Assembly (NCBI GenBank): GCA_030141605.1
Contig: JAQGDQ010000022.1
Location: 186,001-250,000 of the forward strand
Length of the DNA stretch: 64,000 nucleotides
Direction: 5' to 3'
From: Tubiluchus corallicola
Taxonomy: Eukaryota; Animalia; Priapulida
Positions 51,806 to 64,000 of the stretch are shown here, piece by piece. Every line of letters starts with the position of its first letter. Positions within the stretch are counted from its first letter, which is position 1. The notes under the pieces were generated by a model. The model worked only from the letters and a program-made list of their open reading frames with translations. It was not told where the DNA came from and ran no database searches. The translations under genes were made by a program, and so were the position numbers.

Positions 51806-53289
51806 AAACTTCATGTACCTGACTTTTATGCACCGTAGTGACGATGGCTATTCAAAATTGTGATCATTAATGATTTATTCTACGTTGAATGCAATGAATT
51901 TATAGCAGGCCGACATTAATACTACTTAGAAACAGCTAACTCGTATTTGAAAAAATATTGAACGTTATTATGGTTTAATGAATGAACAACGAATGCGACG
52001 GAGTCTAATGGCGGCTCACTTGTATAAAATTTGATGGTCTGTAGATTGCATACCATCATCTAAAAGACTGATAAAGTTAGTCTTTTCTCAAAACAAATTA
52101 AAGACTTTGTGAAAACTGCTTGAAAAAAGACTCGTTATACAACGTGCCAAAAACTACAGTTTCACTAAATCTAAAAGCAATAAAAATGCAAGTGAATTAT
52201 AAAGGAATTTATTTAATTTATTTTCTTATTTAATAGTTTTTTTCCTAATTTTTATAACATTTTGGTCACAGAAATCAGCAAAGTTCTTGAAAAAATGAGT
52301 TATGACATCAGCCTCAGTGAGAAGCTCCTTCGGTGATACCCACGTCGATTAATGACCGCCATAACTACGAATGGTGGCAATACCATGTATTAAAATAATT
52401 GTTTGTTCTTTAAAATGAAATGCTCTTTCCCGTGGTCTTGTCGGCCTTTTCCATGATTCCTTTATGATTGTTAATCATTTTAAATATTCTTACGACAGCG
52501 AAACATATAATTAATTTTCACCCCTCACCCCCACGTCGTGATGGTTCGATCCAGTACTAAGTCATTGCATATCAGCATTGCATACCAGATGCAAAACCAG
52601 TAAGCGGATCAGCGTGTTTAACATCTCAAAACCTGTTCCGTTCTCTTCAACCAGCATGTAAAACACGAGGTAGATTCCTGGCAAATATTCTTTTAAATTC
52701 GTCTTAATTTTCCTTACTACTTAATTTCAATGTGTATCAGTACTTTCCGGCTTAGCTGCAACATTTTAGCAAGTACAAAATCAGAGACGCATAACCTCTT
52801 GTTTTGTCTTCATCTGTAATCTCAAGTTCCAGATTCAGAAAATACTTTTTTCTTATTTCCTTTCTCGTGGTAAAATTTGGTTTCAAAGTTTTAATAACTA
52901 AGCCTATAGATCCATATCGTCGTGAATGTTCAATTCTGCTGCACTTCTTTGGGGATATTAATGGTTTTGTTTTAATATATAAGAATTAAGGCTGTGCTGA
53001 CAAAAGCTATTTTATTTCAATTAAATTTTATTTACCTCATTAAATTCTCAATAAAACAGAATAAAGTACTCAATCAAATACATACGCACACTTGAAACCA
53101 TAAAATACATACATACATAGGCCCTACATACATGCATACAAACATACACAAACTATTAAACAAGACTTCTAGCTGACAAATGACAAATACACATATAATA
53201 CCTAATCACTACTGGCACTAGACACCCGAGATGATTACAAAAATTTCCTGGAAACAACGGATGGCATGTGAATATTGATAATTGATATG

Positions 53290-54150
53290 AAAGTCCAATA
53301 CTAAACAGACTGAGCCCATAGAATCTAATGGAAAAATTTAATTAAAGCGATTAAGACGGTTATAAATATAAGAGCAGGCAAGAGATAAATCACATTTGAA
53401 CAAGTCACATATAGTATCAAAGTTCAAGTTAGAGTTATCTCTTAAATCAGCAGTAGTATTACGTCATCATAAAACATGTTCCTCGTTTTGAATGCTCGAA
53501 CGGTCGCATGGGCAAAGACACTGTTCTCTGGGTATCCTTCCACAACGACCAGTCTCAACTAATAAATTATGTGACGATAACCTAGACCTAGTATAAGCTA
53601 TCCTAAACTTTTCGGGTATACCTGCCTAACGCCTAGTGTAAACTGAGCTTAAATTTAAATAATCGTTTATTGGCCTATAAATACAGAGCTTGGAACCCGA
53701 AGCAACTTTACTTCAGTCTACGATGTTTGTCATCTGCAATGACATCAGAAATAAACCTAATAAATACATTTTCAATAATGAATGAAGCCACATTACTTTG
53801 AGAATGAGCTAGGAATGCTTATCAGGGATTTGCAAGAAATTTTCTCCAAAAACTAACCATTCGATGTGTAACATAAGCCTTAAATGAAGGAAAATCGACT
53901 TCAAACAAAGTAAGTTCGCTAAGAACAGAATTACGAACACCAATTTACCAAGACAGGCTTTCAAACATTGCAGATATATCTTGTCAGACGGCTTTAAAAC
54001 TGAGAAACACCAAGTTTCCAAGCCATATGAGATGGACGAAATTAAAGTTGCACTAATTACTGCCTTTTCCACAGAAAAGAGAGCATTTGTAACCATATTA
54101 ACAAAGAGCGGTACCAGACTAAATTTGCAGTGTGAAGCGCAAAGATGGGA
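53290..54150 (-). mobile_element. Degraded LINE (CR1/L2-group-like) ORF2 3' end
   Basis: Minus strand: ...SISYGLETWCFSVLKPSDKIYLQCLKACLG... and RIAYTRSRLSSHNLLVETGRCGRIPREQCLCPCDRSSIQNEEHVL*, the C-terminal Zn-knuckle region of LINE ORF2, with stops and frameshifts. Confidence 0.8.
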
Positions 54151-55636
54151 TTACGTAGTAATTTTATTATCTATGGGTTGAACGATTGGCCGTTTCAAGT
54201 TCTCAACCAAACTCCATAGTTTCCATCACTTTCGACAATAAACAAAATCGATATCTGACGTCACTGACTGGTGACGCGGCTTCATTTTACGGGTGTACTA
54301 TATATCTCATTACATTTATGACGGTGAAGTATCTCGCCACAACAATTACGGTTATATAAATTGTACACACGCCGCAGATTACATAAGATAAATTAGCTCG
54401 GTCGGCTTTCATCCTGTGTCTACAGCACTGATGAATGTAGAATTAATAATAGAGTATCTAATACGTTTACCAGCCGGCAGAAATAAATTAAAAAGGAACT
54501 GACTGGATTAGAAATAACTTCATTTTCCATCTGGGCTTACGAAACCTTATCCAAATTGCAAGTTTATGTCAAGGTATAAGCAAATTTGGTGCAAAGCTGG
54601 TCAAAGTTTATTGGTGCAGAATTTATGCAAATACTGTATTGGTGAAAAACTGGGTAAGCCCCGCTGTCAGCTGCTGTCGTGGAGCTGTGCCCTGCCTGTC
54701 AATAACATTCAATTACAGCTATATAGCAATAATGTCGCTGGAATCTTTGACGTTTGCATGACACACACAAAGCCAGTCGTAAATGAAAAGACTGCAAAAC
54801 ACTGTCGTATTCCCAGGAACGGAGTTATAAAGAGATTTATCAGATTTATAACCTGTAAGAAGTAGCACAATGGCAAGAAGAATACGCAAAATATTAAAAT
54901 ATCATTTTCCGAAAAGTTTTTTTACTAATGCATTAAGCTTAGTAAACTTAGTGCGCATGTCCTTCGCGATTTACGCGATTGGTGTGGCTTGTTTTACACT
55001 TTAAGGTGAAGACATGCAAACGACTTATACGTCAATGACAAGTATTGTTAGTATCCGGGATCAATAAAATATTGACTACACAGCCAAAAATGTATATCGC
55101 AAGTGAAATCTGATCAAGCCGACAAACCACGAGAAAAAACATTTAATTTTGAATAAAGAATGCGTATTTTAATATCTGATTATAAATGTTGAATAAAAAA
55201 ATAAAAACATAGTCGCCCGATCAACCACAGTGTTTTTTTGTAGTTCAGCTCACTGTCCAGGACTAATACTAATACTGAGTAATTGTAATAGGACCAGAAT
55301 TCAGTTCATTATTAATAACAGCCTTCTAAGATGAGATACTGAAATTACGAAGGTTCGTTCAGATAATATCCCACTGGAGAAACAGCCACAGGCTGTACAT
55401 CAGGTAAGATCAACTAGAAGCAGTTTGCCTGGCAGCGCCGAGCTATATACCAACTAGCCTTGGTGTTGCTAAACTGTCGTAACCAAGTGCATAATTATAA
55501 TTACCACTCGGCTGTTTCTCCGTTTCTTCATGATACAGTTGAATTCATCAATATCGCCTGAATTTTTTAGTTGACAAGCAAATGATAAAATGAACAAATA
55601 ATTCAGCAAATAAATGAATAAAAAATAAAATAAAGA

Positions 55637-55752
55637 AATGAATGAATGAATACGTGAGTGAATGACTGAATGAATGAATGAATGAATGAATGAATGAATG
55701 AATGAATGAATGAATGAATGAATGAATGAATGAATGAATGAATGAATGAATG
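55637..55752. repeat. (GAAT)n microsatellite
   Basis: Directly visible. Confidence 0.97.
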
Positions 55753-57752
55753 AGCGAAAGAACTATTATGAATGAATTTATAAAATTAGAAATAAATGTA
55801 TGAATAGATGGATGGCAGTCGGCATTAAGCCGCGCCTCCTTTGCTTTTGCTTCAGTGGACAACAATTTGCAACAATTTGGCACTCATTCCAGAAAATGAA
55901 CTACGAGACTGACTACAAGAAATAGCAGTATTTAATAATTTTGATCAAGGATATGTGCGTGATTTTTTAAAAGGGTTTATGTAACACATTGGAGTGCTGG
56001 TCTTCAAGTGATAAAGTCTACCGCCGCACGAATTTGTTGTAAAAAACTGAACTTACTTACTTATATTTGCAAAAAATGTGCTTCCGGGCCTTGGGATCGA
56101 AGTTCAGCATGAAAATTATAATTTTGTTAAGCAAGCTAATTCTCCAATGAAAATCTTGCTTAGTGACAAAACAAATCTGAATTTTAGCAACTAAGAAGGA
56201 TATTTCAGTTTTCCTTCCTATTTATAGGTGCAAAATACAAATAAAACGACTTACGTATGACCCGTTTAAAAGACTTATGTAAGCACTAATACTCGATTAA
56301 AAAACAGCCTAAGCCATACTTTGCGAATATAATAATTAAGATGGCCTATTAACTATGAACGTTTAATAATACTATTTATTCTGTACAGTAGCATCTGGTA
56401 ATTATTTGCTGTGCATGTATAAGTTTGAAGTCAGTATATGATATTCCTACATTATAGAACAACGTCAAATTTCAAATTTGAAAAAATAGAAAGCTAACTT
56501 AACCAGACAGTGGGGTCTTTAATTTTTAAAGGGATTAGTTTCTCATGAGGCCTTTCGCATACTTGATCAAACAGCACCAATTGTCTGTCATTTTTTGTCT
56601 AAGTAATCACGTATGTTTTTGGTATGTTTATAATATATTCTGCACGTGTTTTTACTGTAATGGTGGTGAATAAACTTCAGAGATTGTGGAGCAACTAGCC
56701 AGTTAAAGTAAACATTTTGCCATTGTGACTCCCGCTGGTTGACTGACGTTTCACGTTCCCTCTATTAGCAATCAATTGAGCAAACAAACGAAATAAAGAA
56801 TAAATGAACCAATTCTTCATTTAATAGAATGAATAATGTCTAAGTAAATGTTTGTTTAAATCGATAATTTACATGAGATAATACTTTAATGATATATATA
56901 CAGTAATGACGCAGCACCTGCTTTTTATTGAACGCCATATATGCAGTAAAACAAGCTTTAACTTATTTTTGGATATTAATAAATCAATAATGAATATTAG
57001 TAATTCAATCATTTTTGAATATTAAAAAATCGCGCATTTATTAATATATCTTTTATGAATATCGATATTTGACTTATTAATATAAAAAAATCATTTGTGA
57101 GTATTAACAACTGATTTATGAATATTTATAAATGATGTGTTAATGGTAAAAATAAGCATTAACTTGCACTTTGACATTCCATAGTTTTTGACCTGCTAAT
57201 TTGTTATCAGTAGAAACAATAATGTTTGTTTATACTCCCTACTAGATGGCACTGCGACATCATTCCTGAACTATCCTTTAAAATTCGATTAATTTCGGTA
57301 AAGCGTATGTTGCTTTAACGGAAGAAGTGCTTATTAGCGTTACTAGTATGGTACGACTACTCTAATTTAGTACAGACCTGAGTGATTAGTATTTAATTTA
57401 ACTACATGCACTTTGTTTACTTACTTACAGGCTACTTGTTAGATTTCTTATATTGGATGGCGTTGCTCGGTCGCGAATACTGTGTTTTTCATTTTGGTTT
57501 TATGTCAGATTAATTTACCATTAGTTAATAATTCATCTTGAATTTAAGATAATGCACAATGTATTTTCTGCACCTCGATTTCAACGTATTTTGTACTACT
57601 AAAAGTTTAAAATTTTAGTTTTTATTTTACTCACTAGGAACAGGAGAAAGGCCGTCAATTTTCATTCAGAATTTCTAAATGAATGAATAAGCTACGATTT
57701 CTATTTATGTAAAAAATATTCTTTGTGAGTATAATAAATGTCAGAAAAACGA

Positions 57753-57826
57753 AGGCACCACCCGGATTCGAACCGGGGATCTCCTGTTTACTAGACAGGC
57801 GCTTTAACCGACTAAGCCATGGCGCC
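57753..57826 (-). tRNA. tRNA-Thr(AGT): tRNA-Thr (anticodon AGT)
   Basis: GGCGCCATGGCTTAGTCGGTTAAAGCGCCTGTCT-AGT-AAACAGGAGATCCCCGGTTCGAATCCGGGTGGTGCCT: complete cloverleaf with intact A and B boxes. A T5 Pol III terminator follows at 57745-57749. Confidence 0.97.
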
Positions 57827-59405
57827 GGTGACGATAACACAGCAGTCAGAATTACTTATAGCGTTGCTGTACCATATTACGTGTTTCACGTGATCAATTG
57901 CATCTAGGTATTGCGCACTAGTATGCGCGTGCTACACCCAGCTGCTTCAAGGCTACTATGCTCACACTAGCTGGCCAGCTGGTTGGATTTGAACACTTTC
58001 CAAAGAAAGATTCGTGGAAACTGTGACGTGACTGCCGAAAATCTCTTCTTACCAAATAAGCGTTTATGTTTAACGTTAAAAATATTAAACCATAGGCCAA
58101 CAAAATACTATTTGCCCCGTTTGTAAAAATGCCTACTGCCGGTCTTCAGTGGTATACCTACTACCAAACTGATAGCTGGCAGTATATTCATTACTTTTTG
58201 CACGTCATTTTCGGCTGTTTGCCAGCTCCCAAAAGCAGGGTCGGTACAGAGACGCTTAAAAGCTCCATTTATAGCAAATTTTATTTGTTGGAAGTCATCA
58301 AGTTAACCATAGACGACAGAACCGATATCTTCATTCTCCACTCTTCAGCGGTGCAGGGCGCCAGACTGCATAATTACAGGTCTATACAAGTTAATGCAGT
58401 TCATTTTTTACTGTAAAAAACTCATTACATCTCACTTCTCTGATACAGGGTGTGGCCTCGTGTGCAGAAAATTGCGTTGACCTTAATTTATTAATAAGGA
58501 AACATCATTAATATCTATCAATTGTGCAGCAAACGACTTGATGGCGCCCGATAGACTTTTTTGTGTGTACTAAAGCGACAGGTAACAAACATCGTTGGCA
58601 CAGTATTGTATTTTAGAGTTTTTTAAATTTAGGATTCAATTAGATACAAATTGTTTGCTCAATATCAATCAACTTTGAGTTAATGTCAATGAGGCGCTCA
58701 TGGTGTACCTTTCATAAGCATCAGGATGCGCGCAATTTCAAGTCAATAAACAATCAAATTTAGAGCTTTTATTCTGGCAATATATGGCACAACAATGAAA
58801 CCACACCTTTTGACTCATGGTTCAATGACTGAGTATTCTACTACTGCAATATTTTTGACCATTTTTATGTTGTTGAAAATCTCTGATGCTTGTCTACATA
58901 TACAGTCCCTCATTCTCAAGTAGGTCTATAAGCAACAGGGTAGCTGCCTCTAAATTGTTGGGCTAAAAAGACTTGGTAATGATAAGGTTACTAAAGGAAG
59001 GATTAGTAAATCTAAGGAGTATAAAACAAGACTATAGAGAAAAACTCTAAAAACAAAACGTGTCCCAGCGACATCTTCGTCTGCCTGTGATCCATTCTAA
59101 ACTGTTAAACAGATGACGTATGCATATCACGATTACAACCATCGCATGTTCATTGTTGTCAGTTTCCGATGTAAACTGATAACTCACATTTTATAATTTC
59201 TTATAAATGTGTAGGCCTAAAAGGGGAAAATACACTGAGCGTGTTATTTTCCAATTCCGAGAATAGGGTGTACGTACAACACACATCCGCAATTCTCACG
59301 ATGTTTAGTTTCATTTTGAAAGAAGAGATGCCCTATACAAAAGTACATAAGATGTCTGCATGCCTCTGGTGAACACTCTATACATGTGTTATACATGCCA
59401 GGAAC

Positions 59406-64000
<4,595 letters not shown>

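Noticed and set aside
57655-57907. Two short ORFs over the tRNA
   Set aside because: They are translations of the tRNA-Thr gene and its flanks.

Overview
AT-rich, intron-containing DNA from a metazoan (probably invertebrate) genome; the organism cannot be named from this window. Hand-splicing with GT-AG boundaries and phase checks supports 8 protein-coding genes. In order: a DUF229-like type II membrane protein (-, truncated at the left edge); a 9-exon ADA2/ADGF adenosine deaminase (-) that unexpectedly ends in KDEL; a Golgi carbohydrate sulfotransferase (+); a secreted protein joining a syncollin-like domain to a putative aerolysin-type beta-hairpin domain (+); a Cys-free granin/prohormone-like secreted protein (+); an intronless class A peptide-type GPCR (+); a second acidic granin-like secreted protein (-); and a fibrinogen-related (FReD) lectin-like gene (+, truncated at the right edge). 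Also present are one tRNA-Thr(AGT), three copies of a tRNA-derived SINE, LINE and Penelope-like relics, a hammerhead-like motif and many microsatellites. Most short ORFs in the track are repeat artefacts or antisense shadows of exons. Family assignments rest on motif recognition from memory, not on database searches.
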